This document shows positions 1 to 22,119 of a stretch of DNA of 64,000 nucleotides, piece by piece. Source of the DNA: the human T2T-CHM13v2.0 reference genome, Homo sapiens; the NCBI RefSeq assembly GCF_009914755.1, contig NC_060929.1. One strand, given 5' to 3'. The notes under the pieces were generated by a model. It did not search any database, was not told the origin of the DNA, and saw only the letters and a program-made list of their open reading frames with translations. The stretch's first letter is position 1. Each line of letters opens with the position of its first letter. The position numbers and the translations under genes were made by a program.

Positions 1-241
<241 letters not shown>

Positions 242-268
242 TTAGCATCCTTCAAAGGTGATCAGTGA

Positions 269-1900
<1,632 letters not shown>

Positions 1901-2097
1901 AAAATCATTTGGTTTAGTTCTTTTTGGTATGACTCAAATTATTTTTATAAAGCATATTTAAAGGAAAACTAGTATACTTAAAATGCATTTTGATATTTTC
2001 ACATTTTGAATTCTTCAGTTTCACCAGATTGCAAAATTGGACTATCTAATACAATTTTACAGTTCACAAAGTAAATGTATGCTTTTTTGTTTGCTAG

Positions 2098-2207
2098 GCG
2101 CTAATGTGCATGCTACAACAGCAACAGGAGACACAGCCTTAACCTATGCTTGTGAAAATGGACATACGGATGTTGCAGATGTTTTACTTCAAGCAGGGGC
2201 TGATTTA
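2098..2207 (+). CDS. ANKHD1: ANKHD1 coding exon, 110 bp, ankyrin repeat (ANVHATTATGDTALTYACENGHTDVADVLLQAGADL)
   Basis: ttgctag|GC...TTA|gtaaga; phase 1 to 0; ankyrin consensus. Confidence 0.95.
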
Positions 2208-2554
2208 GTAAGATATTTTTAATTTCAAATATTTTTGCGTTAATGTTAATATCCATTTATACTTAACATTTAGAAAACACTAAAGATCAATGGTTTGCGT
2301 ACTTTGTATACAGTAACTTAAAAAAGCTTGGCTACCTGTTCTAGTTGTTGTATGTATTAAATGTATTTGAAAATACTTAGTGTTGAACAGGGCATACTGT
2401 TTCTTTTCCTAGGTAAAACTACTAGTTTGTTTCTTCCTTTCACTCCACCCCCATTTGACATTCCTGTGCTTTTTAAACTGCCATCTGTTAGATATATCAT
2501 AAATTCAATGATGTGTTCACAGAATAGAGTAACAAGTCAAGTCACTTTGAGTGA

Positions 2555-2675
2555 TTTATTATTATTTTAATTGACACATGATAATTGAACATATTAATGG
2601 GGTACAGAGTGATATTTCAATACATGTATATAATGTGTAATTATCAAATCAGAGTAATTAGTACATCCATCATCA
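2555..2675 (-). mobile_element. L1MA-type 3' end fragment
   Basis: ttttaattgacaca...ggggtacagagtgatatttcaatacatgtata...aatcagagtaattag. Confidence 0.65.
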
Positions 2676-3540
2676 TTTTGAATGATTTCTGTTGTTTCTC
2701 TGATTAGACATTTCAAAACAAAGCTACTATTGTTAATCATCCTTCTAGTACATTCCTACAAATTCTATTCTTTTTGTGTTTTCTGTTTTGGTTTTTCAGA
2801 ATTTCAAATTAGGTGGCAGGTTCATATGTGTAATAATCTATATAAAAATAATATTCCATTTAAATGTTCATGCCTCTTGCTGAAATGTGTGCTTTGCCTA
2901 GCTTTTATTTTGTGAGAGTGCTTTAAACTGCTTCCTAGAGTTTTTCCCAGAATTCTCTGATACATTTCTTAAAAACTTATGTGTGACATACATAGCTGTA
3001 AATGTTATAGAGAATTAGATTTCTTAGTTTTGCTTATTTAGAAAAAACTATGCAAGTATTACCTTTTAAATCATCCAAGTAGATACCTGAGAACATTATT
3101 GGAAAATAATTATTAACCAAAATAAATGTGTAGTATGATTGTTATTTATTATCATTTCTACTAATACAAAATATTGTAATGAAAACACTATCATTCATTC
3201 TTATTAATTAGGACCTTCCCTATCAGTTATAATTTTTGGGAGGTATGCTTTTTTGTCTGAGAATTGTGACAGCAATATATGTTAAGTACATCTTAGTCTT
3301 TTGACTTCTTTCTATATCTTTTTCCTTTTATAGAGTTGCTTTGAGTCGTCTATAAAAATTAGGAATTGAAGTTTGTCATTCAAAATAAAGAAATAGAGTA
3401 GAACTTAAAAGCTTAGATAATATAAGCAAAATTTAATACTCTTATCCTCTAAATTCTTACCTGGATTCTCTCTTCATTGTATTTTCTACAACAAAGTCAC
3501 TGTCTTAACCTGTTGGGAGTTCTTCTAAAAAATTGAATAG

Positions 3541-5024
<1,484 letters not shown>

Positions 5025-5270
5025 ATAATTTTTTAGGAGAAAAAGAAAATGTGGAAAGTATGGGAAAGTATAATAACTTTTATATTTAAAACCTATGAAT
5101 ATTTGTGAGTAAAATTTGTGACAGTGAAAAAAATATAAAACCTATGAATAAATTTTATTTCAGGCTTTATTGTAGGCCAGAGGAAAGAAAAAGTTCTAGT
5201 CAAAAACAGGGAAACCTCAGAGTAAAGCAGGCAGATTAGTCCCTGAGTCCTGGGAAAAAGTGACTGGTAA

Positions 5271-5711
<441 letters not shown>

Positions 5712-6635
5712 CGTAGTTTATCACTGACTTACCTCTGTAACCATAAAGTAAGCCCTCTGACCTTTGTTGCTTTCTTTGGACTGTATTCTGCTGACTGAGT
5801 GAACTATATTGGGCATTTTCCAAAAATAGTTGAGCAATTGGAAACTAGGTAATTTAGACATGGGTACATTAGTACTCTGTAGTTCTTCTTCCTGGAACTT
5901 ATTTCCTTTTAAATGAGATTTGATATGGACCTCCCTTAATAGAAAGAAAAATATCTTATGGATCAGTTTATTATCTGTATTAAATCTTATAAATAGAAAA
6001 CATAGACCCAAGTCCTCTTTTATAAGATTTTTTAAAAAATTTAAACAATATATTGTGTATCTCTCTAGACATTTCTGTATACCCAAAATATGTACATTTA
6101 ATATATGTGATATAACATCTTTCCGTGTTCCAGTAGATTTCCCATTCTTTTTCACAGGTACCCAGTGTTCTGTATAATTTATTAACCATTTATCTACGCA
6201 TAAACACCTGAGTTAATAGTTTTTAAATATTACAAATGGTGCTGCAGTAAATATTGCTAGGCATATTTATGTATCTTTGCTACTTTTGTGAATATATATA
6301 ATAGGGATAAATTCCTGGAAGTGAAATTGCTGGTTATAGGGAAATATTTGACTAAAATTTTATTGTTTCGGGAGGTCCACATCTGAAATTTTGATAACTA
6401 TTGTCAAACTGTTCAAAAATCCTGAACCAGTGTACATCTCTGTTAACAGTTGATCCCTCCTGACTCTCCCACATTCTCACAAATATAAACTGATTTCTTC
6501 TTTCTCCCCTCCTTCCTTCCCTCCCTTCTCTCCTTCTCTCCCACCCTCCTTCCTTCTTCTTCCTTTTTTAAACAGTTTAATTTTCTAATTTCTGATCACA
6601 GCCCCTATGTTTGCATTATCTACAAAAATCTTCTT

Positions 6636-6947
6636 GCCTGGCACAGTAGCTCAAGTCTTTAATCCCAGCTCTTTGGGAGGCCAAGGAGGGCAGATTGCTT
6701 GAGCCCAGGAGTTCAAACCAGCCTGGGCAACGTGGTGAAAACCTGTCTCTACCAAAAAAAAAAAAAAAAAAAAAATTAGCCGGGTGTGGTTGTGCGTGTC
6801 TGTAGTCCCAGCTACTCAGGAGGCTGAGGTGGATTGCTTGAGCCCAGGAAGCGGAGGTTGTAGTAAGCTGAGATTGCATCACTGCACTCCAGCCGGGGCA
6901 ATAGAGGGAGACCCTATCTCAAAAACAAACAAACAAACAAAAAAAAC
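6636..6947 (+). mobile_element. Alu (AluJ-like)
   Basis: Alu consensus. Confidence 0.88.
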
Positions 6948-8025
6948 TTACTGTGCTACAATTAGCCCTATTAATTGCTCCCAAAGTTTTAGCGAACTAT
7001 AGAAAACACAGGAATAAAATTACTTTCTGGAAGTATGTGAAGACACCATTTACAAATAGATTTTTAAAAATCAGATATTTATTCAGTATCTATTGACTTC
7101 ATTCTGAAGGACAAGGAGAGTAATATATCTTTCACCATAGAATTTTCATGAGTTATTTTAATATTCTCCTGGTTATACATTTACATTCTGATTTAGGACC
7201 CTATTTCTCATAGTTATTTAAATATATATATATGTGTATATATGTATATATAATATTTAAGTGGATTCAGTTTTTACATTACTAGTCTTTCTTATTATAT
7301 AGCTTCATGATTCCTGAATTCCTCAACTTGACTTATCTGTTGGCTGGCTAGTACTGGTATTTTGATTTGAATTTATTCTCCCCCTCAAAAAAGGAGTTAA
7401 TAGGTGCTTGCATATTTTAGAATACCATATGTTGTATTTATAAATGAATGTAGCCATGTATGAAATTATTGAATCACTTGTTCTTTCCCCTCAAAATTTT
7501 AAACCCACTATATTAGTGTCTTCTGGTACTGAATATTGCCAAAGCCTGCTAGACTATTCTGTATTATATGTAAGTGTCTCCTTTTTCTGTCTGGATTATC
7601 ATAAAATTCTTTCATTATACTTAAACATCTGATTTCATCAGGATGTATCTTGTGTTAATTATTCTATTAATTTTCCTGAGAAACAGTGAATACTTTCTGT
7701 CTGAAGACTTTAATAAGTCATAGTCTTTAATAAGTTGTCATAGTATTTAATTTTTAAAATTTTTTTTTTTTTTAGTGGTGACCGTGGGGTGATATTTTCT
7801 TTTTTTTAAAGGAAGGTTTCTTTCTGCTATGTTTTTGACTATTTATTTTTCTATTCTGTTAACGTCCTTCAAGATATTTACCATTCATATGTATGGTCTC
7901 CCTCATCTCGCTTGTTTGTATTTGTATTATGTTTATGTCTAATACATTTCTTTGTCCTTTTCTTCTGCATTGTGTCTTAAGTCTGTCATCCAGGTCACTA
8001 TTTTTTTCTGTATACTTGTTTCTGC

Positions 8026-8340
8026 TTTTTTTTTTTTTTTTTTTTTTTCTTAAAAGGGACAGGGTCTTGCTTTATCTCCCAGGCTGGAGTACAGTGGCAT
8101 GATCACAACTTAATACAGCCTTGACCTCTCAGTCTCAAGCAATCCTCCACTTCAGCCTCCTGAGTAGTTGGAACTACGGGCACACACTGCCACACCAGCT
8201 AATTTTTTATTTTTATTTTTTGTAGAGACGGGGTTTCATCATGTTGCCCAGGCTAGTCCTGAACCGCTGGGCTCAAGCGATCTACCCACCTTAGCTTCCC
8301 AAGTTACTGGGATTACAAGTATGAGCCACCATGACTGGCC
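8026..8340 (-). mobile_element. Alu (AluJ-like)
   Basis: Antisense Alu consensus. Confidence 0.88.
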
Positions 8341-8386
8341 TGTTTCTACTTCTAAATGTGGTTTTCATGGCTTCACTGTTACTGCT

Positions 8387-8607
8387 CCCTTATCTGCAAA
8401 GCTTGGGACCAGAAGTGTTTTGGATATTTTTTTTGGATTTTGGAATATTTGCAGAATACATACCCATTGAGCATCCCTAATCTGAAAATCCAAAATCTGA
8501 AATGCTCCATGAGCATTTCTTTTGAGTGTCATGTCAGTAATCAAAAAGTTTCAGATTTTGGAGCATTTCAGATTTCAGGTTTTTAGATTAGTGATGCTCA
8601 ATCTGTA
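8387..8607. mobile_element. Tigger4a/MER46A-type DNA transposon relic
   Basis: gggaccagaagtgttttgga...gagcatccctaatctgaaaatcc...gatgctcaatctgta, with an internal inverted repeat and TA end. Confidence 0.8.
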
Positions 8608-9652
8608 TTTAGTTTCTTCTATTCTTCCAATTCACTTTCCAGTCTTTTGTTTTATCACTTTGTTCAGCTATTTAAGTAAAGATTCCCTGTTCTCTTCAAT
8701 TTATTTGAAGGTATTGGGGAATATTTGACTAAAATTTTATTGTTTGTTTTGTAGGAACTTCTTGATAGGTTCCATGTTGGATACTTTGTGCTTATTATTC
8801 GTATTTTAATGGGACTGGCTATTTATTGAAATAGGGGGTGAAATAGGGGTAAGGTGGCAGGGAAGAGGAAGTGAGCCTTAACAGTTAGCTTCTTAAAATC
8901 ATGTAGTTGTCTCAGGATACTGTCTTGCTGAATCTATACCATAGGAGCATGCACTTTCTTAGGATAAGCACATCACATAGGTAGGAAATTGGAATGACTT
9001 AGAGTGAAGCCTTCTCTAGGCCACATTTCCTTTATTTGGAGATTTAGTTGACTCTGGTCAATGACTGAAAAGCTTCTTATGGTTTCCTAAGTTGTATCCC
9101 TGTCTCACCTTTAGATAGTTTCTCTCTGTTAAGAGTCTAGATCTAGAGAAAATACAAACATTCCATTTCTCAAGTTCTTTGAAGGTTCTTGTTTTAGTTG
9201 AAAAGTGGAAGCCTTAAGTACATTTATAATGAGGGGAAAAGCTATGTAACTATTTATCTTACAGTATTTTCCTCCGTCCTCCCAACTTCTGATATGCCCA
9301 AATCTCTTGATTTCATTATTTTCTTTGGTTAGATATTTTTAAATGTTGCTCTGTTTTTGTGGCTTTGTTTTTTGAGACAAAGGCATGAATTTAAATAATT
9401 CTGCAGAAATATTTCTACATATATTAAGATTTATATTGAAGTTTTATTGGTAAAAAACCATAATATCACCCCCTTAAAAAAATTTATACTCTGCTCATGA
9501 CATTACAGTCTCTACAGATGAGAATCTTTTTAGTTGAAGATCCTGAGTTAACAAAGCCCACCATCTGAAGTATCGGTCACAAGGTCTTCATGGCCAAATG
9601 TGATTTTCGTTTTTGGAATAAGATCCGTGAGTTCTTCTTTTTCCTTTCGCAG

Positions 9653-9754
9653 GACAAGCAGGAGGACATGAAGACTATTTTGGAGGGCATAGATCCGGCC
9701 AAGCATCAGGTGAGGGTGGCCTTTGATGCTTGTAAGCTACTACGTAAAGAATAG
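9653..9754 (+). CDS. ANKHD1: ANKHD1 alternative terminal exon (DKQEDMKTILEGIDPAKHQVRVAFDACKLLRKE*) of the short, KH-less isoforms; the first 57 nt could also act as a cassette
   Basis: Strong acceptor ttctttttcctttcgcag; phase 0 matches the upstream exon; TAG at 9752-9754; internal donor CAG|gtgagg at 9709/9710; peptide matches the recalled C-terminus of the short (VBARP) isoform. Confidence 0.85.
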   Translation, partial: DKQEDMKTILEGIDPAKHQVRVAFDACKLLRKE

Positions 9755-9864
9755 ATGTTGTAGGTAACCAGAACTCTGGATATCTGAATTCCAGCCAAGA
9801 AGTTCCAGGACCCTGCTGGGTGACAAAGGAAATCCTCTTCAATTGAAAAAGATTATGAAGTCCC

Positions 9865-9900
9865 AATAAAAAGAGATTTGTATTGCTGGTAGTTTGTTTC
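9865..9900 (+). promoter_or_regulatory. Intronic polyadenylation signal for the short isoform
   Basis: AATAAA at 9865-9870, about 110 nt after the stop, followed by a GT/T-rich element (ggtagtttgtttcc). Confidence 0.7.
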
Positions 9901-10440
9901 CTTAGTCTTCTTTCTCAGTGATATTCCTAAAAAAATCTCTTAGGTGAAAATAGATTTTCTTATTCAGGTAGTTCTTTTACATTCTCCTTTATTGGGAGAG
10001 TTAGTATACCGCAGAGAGAAAGTCTCAGTAATAAAGTCCTTTGCATTCAACTTTGTTCATCAAAAATCTGAAACTCAGAGTGATATTAATATATTGGATT
10101 GTTTTAAAAATAATACTCAAATAAACAAAAAAATTAGTTTAGCAAAACGTTTACTATATAGTTTATGCCCTAATTTCTATAAACTAGAAGTTTAAAATTT
10201 TCTTCTTAAAATTGTCTCCTACTATTCTGAAATTGGTTTTTAAGAAGGTGAATATTTTTTCATAGGAAATATTTCTTTTGAAAAAATGTGTGAATTTGTG
10301 CCCAGTGGTTTTAAAAGTCAAATAAATTTAATATCCATTATAATCCAAAGAGATTTATTTAAAATCAGGAGCAGTTTTTAATTTTAAAATTATTAATGAA
10401 TTGTGATTAGATCACAAATAACTTAGGCCATCTAAGTTTC

Positions 10441-12225
<1,785 letters not shown>

Positions 12226-13299
12226 TGTAGTGTATTTTTTATAGATATATTTTTAGGGAGCTTATGAGCTCTAGTAATCTACTTATCAATGTATTTCAAC
12301 TGTTAGTAATTACCTTACCTTAATAAACTTTAAATGTGACCTTACCTTCCACTTTTTAACTTTTTTATTAAGGAATAGCGTATATACATATTTTTAACTT
12401 TACTACTTAAAACTAGGAAACTTCTGTCAATTTCTTAAAAATCTAAAACTACCTATGGAATACACAAAACTCCTAATACATTTCTTTTAAAGCCAAGTTC
12501 TCTCTTTCTATGTTATTGTGTATTGAATGAGTTCTTTTCAGCTCTCTCCAGGTTGTTTAAATATAAGTACAAATGACTTCAGTCAAGAAGGTAAAGTCAT
12601 TATTAGTATATAGAAAAATGAATCTAAAAATATGTAGTCGTGCCCCAAAACAACAGGATTAAAGATCTCCGTGGACTAGAAGTGCAGCATGGATCCACAG
12701 TTTAAGCTGTAGTCCCAAGGAGAATTAAGGGCTAAAAAAATACACAATGGGGGCTGAGATTTCAGCATGTGCAGAGGAATAGGGAATGAATGCATTTCAC
12801 ATGTAGTACATCAGTAGATCTAGTCTACTTGAATAAAGCAAGGAACCGGCATCTTATTGCCCTACCTGTGAACCAAAATGGATAAAAAAATATTTGATCA
12901 ACTATCTAGGGTTATGGTTAGAAATTAGCAAATTGTCATATCCAGGTTGTATGTAAAAAACAAAACAAAACAAACCCAAAAAAACTAAAAAAAAGGGGGG
13001 AAAAATTAGCAAATTGTCGTTAATGGAAGAAACAGAGACAACTGTGTAACTAAAAACTTGGAGGACAACCTTCTTGATTTAGGGAACAGAAGTGAAATAT
13101 CTCTATGAGACAAGAACCTTAGGTGTCCAGCAAAATATCTACTTCTGAAATGGACTCCAAGAGCCAGACTGAGGGAACTTCCAAAACATCTGATGAGGAG
13201 TACATCTGTGGATGGAAAAGAAACTAAAACAAAACACCTCCCATCAAAATGAGTTTCCTCAGTAAAAAAATTATAAAGCTGGAGAGCGAATCTTTATCA

Positions 13300-16900
<3,601 letters not shown>

Positions 16901-16936
16901 ATCCAATGCTCATAAGTAGTACGATGTATACAAATT

Positions 16937-17390
16937 TGATTACCATTATATACATATATGCATTGATTCCCATGATATGCACACATATATGTATATACAT
17001 ACATTATACATATATATTCCCATTATTGATTCCCATTATATACATATATGTGTTCCCATTATATGTATGTATTCCTGTTATACATGTATATTCCCATTAT
17101 ATACATACATATGTATATATACATTGATTCCCATTATATACATACATAGGTATATATATACTTATATATATACCTATGTATGTATATGCGTATATATGTG
17201 TGTGTGTATATAATGGGAATCAATGGGAATATATGTGTGTAATGTATATATGTATGTATATAATGGGAACCAATAATGGGAATATATATGTATAATGTAT
17301 GTATATAATGGGAATCAATGTACTCCTATATATATACATACATATATATGTATATAATGGGGATTTTCCATATATACATATATAGATATA
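16937..17390. repeat. AT-rich compound minisatellite forming an imperfect palindrome
   Basis: TTCCCATT units with (TA/CATA)n in the left half and AATGGGAA units in the right half; centre at 17161-17162. Confidence 0.9.
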
Positions 17391-17461
17391 TTATTATTTT
17401 TTTCTTTTTTCTGCTTCTTGCACAGCAGGGCTAACCCATAGGGAGTGTGCCCACAGTAGCC
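17391..17461 (-). mobile_element. 51-bp poly(A)-tailed retroposed fragment, possibly from an ERV1 LTR
   Basis: Minus strand: TTTT/AAAATGGGAATCA + GGCTACTGTGGGCACACTCCCTATGGGTTAGCCCTGCTGTGCAAGAAGCAG + A-rich tail; source family is from memory only. Confidence 0.6.
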
Positions 17462-18199
17462 TGATTCCCATTTTAAAAGAAAGATTTAGTAGTCAGATAT
17501 TTTGGGGCAAATATTGTGTGTTGTGGGATATACATTATTCATTTTAAGACACAAAATGTTGTAATACAGAGTTGTGGCATTGTTTTATCAACTTTTTTCA
17601 AATGTGATTATGTTATTCAAAACTAAGGGAATGAATGTATATTTATAGAGAGGAAAATAAAATAGGTAGCTTTTCACCCCTTTTATTTCAGGAATTAATA
17701 TGTTGAATTTTGAAATGACTTGGTGTGAGGATATTGGGACTGTACTTTCTGATTTCTTGTCTTTTAACAACTATGGTAATATTTTAAATATACAGAATTA
17801 ACAGTTATTTTTTAAAGTTTATTCTAAATCAGGGCTGAAAGCTTTGAAATCATTTTTCATGATTTCATTTGAAATGTCTTTGCCATGACTCACGGGACCT
17901 AATTATGTTGATATGACCTAATTATGTTGATCACTGCCAGGCTTAAGAAATAAGAAAGAGAAAAGGGTAAAGTAAGGATAAGTGACATTAATATTGCCCA
18001 ACTATGTTCTAATAATAACATATCAGTTGCAGATAATCAATGTCTTACTCTCGGGCTTAACTACTACTCTTAATTTCTTGTTTAGTTGACTTTCCTTTCT
18101 CTTATTTACCTAGTAGAAAATAATAAAAACTTCAAACCTCAGTGCTATGAGAGGGAAGATTTGCAAGTTCAGTTATGCTTGGTTTCCTGCATGATTAAA

Positions 18200-18540
18200 C
18201 AATATTTAATCACTCCATTGTTTAAGCATTATGTGTACAGTGGCAAGCAAAAAAAGACAAGATCATTCCTCTCATGGAGCTTACCGTTTAGTGGAGGAGA
18301 CAGGTTAGTTAAATATAATACTTACACAGACTAAAATATGATTGCAGTTTATGAAGGAGAGCTTCATAGAGATGTATGTCCATAATAGGAAGAGTGATTT
18401 AGTCAGGAAGTTCAGGGAGGTCTTCCTTGAGGAAATAACACTTGACTTGAGATGTAAAGGATGAAAATGAGTTAGTGGAGGAAAAGCATTAAAAAGAAGA
18501 GAGACCAGTATGTGCAAAAAAGTTGTGAGGCAGGAAGGGA
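18200..18540. mobile_element. L2-like fragment
   Basis: cctctcatggagcttac...tcagggaggtcttccttgaggaaataacacttgacttgaga. Confidence 0.55.
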
Positions 18541-19995
18541 AAAAACAAGTTGCTAAATGGGCAATTTATTTCCAGGATGTAGTTGATTGTAATGATAATT
18601 CAGAAATAAGTTGGATAGAAAAACTGGACAAACAACTTTCTAGGTCTTTCCAAGTAAGGTCTTTGTGATACATATTCAGTTTTATTTGAAGTAAATTGCC
18701 AGAATGTTAGATTTACCTAAATTTGAATGTGAGTTCAAGATCTATTCTAAAGCCAAATTATTTTGGCATTATCTATAGTTATTCATTTTTCCATAATCTA
18801 GAGTTAAAAGATTCTTATTTAATTAACATGTATAACAATTAAAAAGTCAAAGCATAAAGTAGTTTTTAAAGTAGGTTTAATGATACTACACTGTCAAGAT
18901 TTTTTTTTAAACCTATTTTAGGGAGGAATTCCTATCACTTTTCTGTGAGGTTTCCATTGAGTTGACAGTCTACTCATTTCTTATTGTTGTTTTGCCTGAG
19001 TTGTAGATCAGAATAATTAAAATGTAAATAGACTAAATTGTATTCTATTGGGAGAGCACATATTTTAAATTGATCATGTGGTAATTATAGGATTTTCAGA
19101 GTTAATTAGAAGAATATAGCTGAAATAAAGCCTTAACGTAACCACCAGTCTTTATCAGTTTTTTCTTAGTAATAAAAGAGAACCAGAACAACAGAAATTC
19201 GTGTTTGCATATATAATGAAAGAGGGGATAGGTAAGAGAACTTTTCAAAGAAGCAGTATATAAGCTACATTTTAATACTTAGATGAATTTAATGAGTTCA
19301 TAATTCTTCCAACAGACAGTATTACTCACCATATAAGCAAGCTCCTTTTAGTGGCATTTGATGTGAGGCATGCATGGTTAAAAACTGTTTTATCATTCAT
19401 TCCTCTTGCTGGCAAACTTCCTAGAAAGAACAATCTTTCTGCTATTAGGAGTTGTATCTTTTGCCTTTGACTATTCAAGTATTTAATTTCTACTTAAAAA
19501 AAAACTACCCATTGGTATATTTTTCTTCTTCATTTTTCCGTTACTCCTAAAATACCATAGTGTTTTTCTTCAGGGAATCATTTGCATCCTTTGATAGTGC
19601 TTTTATTGGCTTCTGCTATAAGATCAAGATTCTTCTAATCATTTCACAGGACTGAGGTTCCTTTTTCACAATCCAGATAAATAGTTGGGAAACATTTTTT
19701 AAAACTTAGAATTAGAAAAATGCAGTGATTTCTCTTTGGGAACCAAACAAAACATTAATATTATCTTTAATGGTTATTACTTGGTATGCAAAACTGAACT
19801 TGCCCTTAGAAAGTTACATTATCTACTTTGGACTGAAAATCCTGTATAATGGGGGAATTGAGGTAGGTGGTATAAAGTGTCTACAATGAGTAAGTATATT
19901 AAATCCTCGTTATTTCTCATTTCATCAGTACTGTTTTTAAAATAGATGGTTAGACTGTTGGCATTGATGGATTATTTTTTCCATTTCTTTAACAG

Positions 19996-20083
19996 GAACA
20001 TGAATCTGAAGGTGGAAGAACACCTTTGATGAAAGCTGCAAGAGCTGGTCATTTGTGCACTGTGCAGTTTCTTATTAGCAAAG
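19996..20083 (+). CDS. ANKHD1: ANKHD1 coding exon, 88 bp (EHESEGGRTPLMKAARAGHLCTVQFLISK)
   Basis: aacag|GAA...AAAG|gtaaag; phase 0 to 1. Confidence 0.95.
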
Positions 20084-20830
20084 GTAAAGAAAGGGCAAGT
20101 GATCATTTCCAAGAGGCTACAGTTTATGGAAAAAAAAATCCTAAACTGTTGCAATTTATGTTATGGCTACTTTACCTACAGTAAAGTATTGTATTCTTGC
20201 CTTTTGTTATTATATTTTATTTAGTAAGCATAGAGTTTGTGAGTTGTTTACTGGGAATTTTCTTTATTAGTTTTGAATTTTAAGTTTTCATCAACAAAGC
20301 AACATGTGGTTGCTCCCAACTTAGAAAAGCCAAATGTAAAATGTCCCACTATGATTAGGTGGATATGCAACAGCTAATGATGAGTCTATTCTGCTGGAGA
20401 TGTGGGTGGAGGACAGAGAGTAAGTCTGCTACTGTGGTACTTGTTTGTGGTACAGTTGAATTAACTGAGTTTGTAAGGGTCTTATTTATAATTTTTATAT
20501 GTCTTTAGAAATTCTATTATTAGAATTATATTTAGGCAAGAAATTTCAACTGGTGAATGAAGAATTAGCTTAAGACTGTTTACTGCAGTAAAATAAAATG
20601 CTGTGGAACCAATGTTAGGTTTAACCGTATATAATTGTCATGTTATGAATCAAAAATGGTAATGTCAGCAGTTTCATTTGGTTCAGCCTAACTCTTTGTA
20701 TAGTGTCAGAAATACTGTGGCATATAATGAAACATCCTAGGATAGGATGGTCAAAATACAAGGAAGATTCTCTCAGGTTGTGTTATGTTATTAAGATAAA
20801 AACTATATTTATATTTTAATAGATTTCTGA

Positions 20831-21173
<343 letters not shown>

Positions 21174-22119
21174 AGATTTTATCCTTTTAAATGTACTTGT
21201 TTTCCTCTGAATTGGATAAAACTAGGTTTATTTTCTTCATATTGCATTTTTGCTGCCAAGTAAGGCATATCTTTACATAATATAGTCTGTAAAAGCTGTT
21301 TACCTCAACCACACAGAAATAAATAGATGGATAAACTCTGGAGTTCTCTTATGTTTCTTTACTAAAGAGAATACCTAATCATACCCAACAACAACCTGCT
21401 AAGAATATAATCAGGCTTATCAGGAATAGGAACACATTGATTATATCCTTTCTATGTCAAATAATCCTGTCATCTAAAATAATTTCATGTTGCTAATCTC
21501 AGGATGTTTATTGCTGCGTTTTACCTTTCCCAAAAGGTACTTTTATGCAAGTTAGGATTAGATTCAGCTGGATATTTTCTGAAAATTAGACAAACTAATA
21601 GTAGTGGTTTTACCCACTGACTTATTTTTCTCTTAAATAAGATAGGTAGAATTAAGAAGGAAGAATGAATATTTCTATAGTCTTAACTTTCTAGTTGAGA
21701 TCTTTTGGAATTGTTAAAGGTAGCTGAACTAAAGTTATTTTTTCCAGGGGTCAAAAATAATTTATCAAAAAAGAAACTAAGAAAAGACTTTGCATTTAGA
21801 CATTTTTCAGGTCATGTTATACACAGCTATTGAACAACTTGCCTTTCAGATAACATATCTGGATAATATTCTGTCTTCTCTCCATATCTAGGTCCCCTGA
21901 CTCTTAAAATACACAATATGAAGAATTATATATCTCTTAAACATTGCTTAAAAAAATCTGTTTTCTTTACTTTGAGACCTGGCTATATTGCCACTTTCTA
22001 GTAGATCAAAAATGTCTTTGAAACATTTTGAGTTATATACAGTGGTGTTATTTGATGCTTACATTAACCTGTATATATTTATTAATCTTAGTCTTCTAGA
22101 TTTTCCATTTTAAAAGTGA

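Noticed and set aside
8468-8601. Strong hairpin as a candidate miRNA or structured RNA
   Set aside because: Explained by the internal inverted repeat of the Tigger4a/MER46A element.
9518-9632. Putative exon ending at a strong GTGAGT donor (9627) just before the alternative exon
   Set aside because: Candidate acceptors are weak, entries hit stops quickly, and the donor is only 26 nt from the next AG; no independent support.
16906-17390. CRISPR-like repeat-spacer array, or Tyr/Ile-rich ORFs
   Set aside because: The spacers are TA/CATA microsatellite, units occur in both orientations, the context is a primate intron, and the ORFs are low-complexity artefacts.
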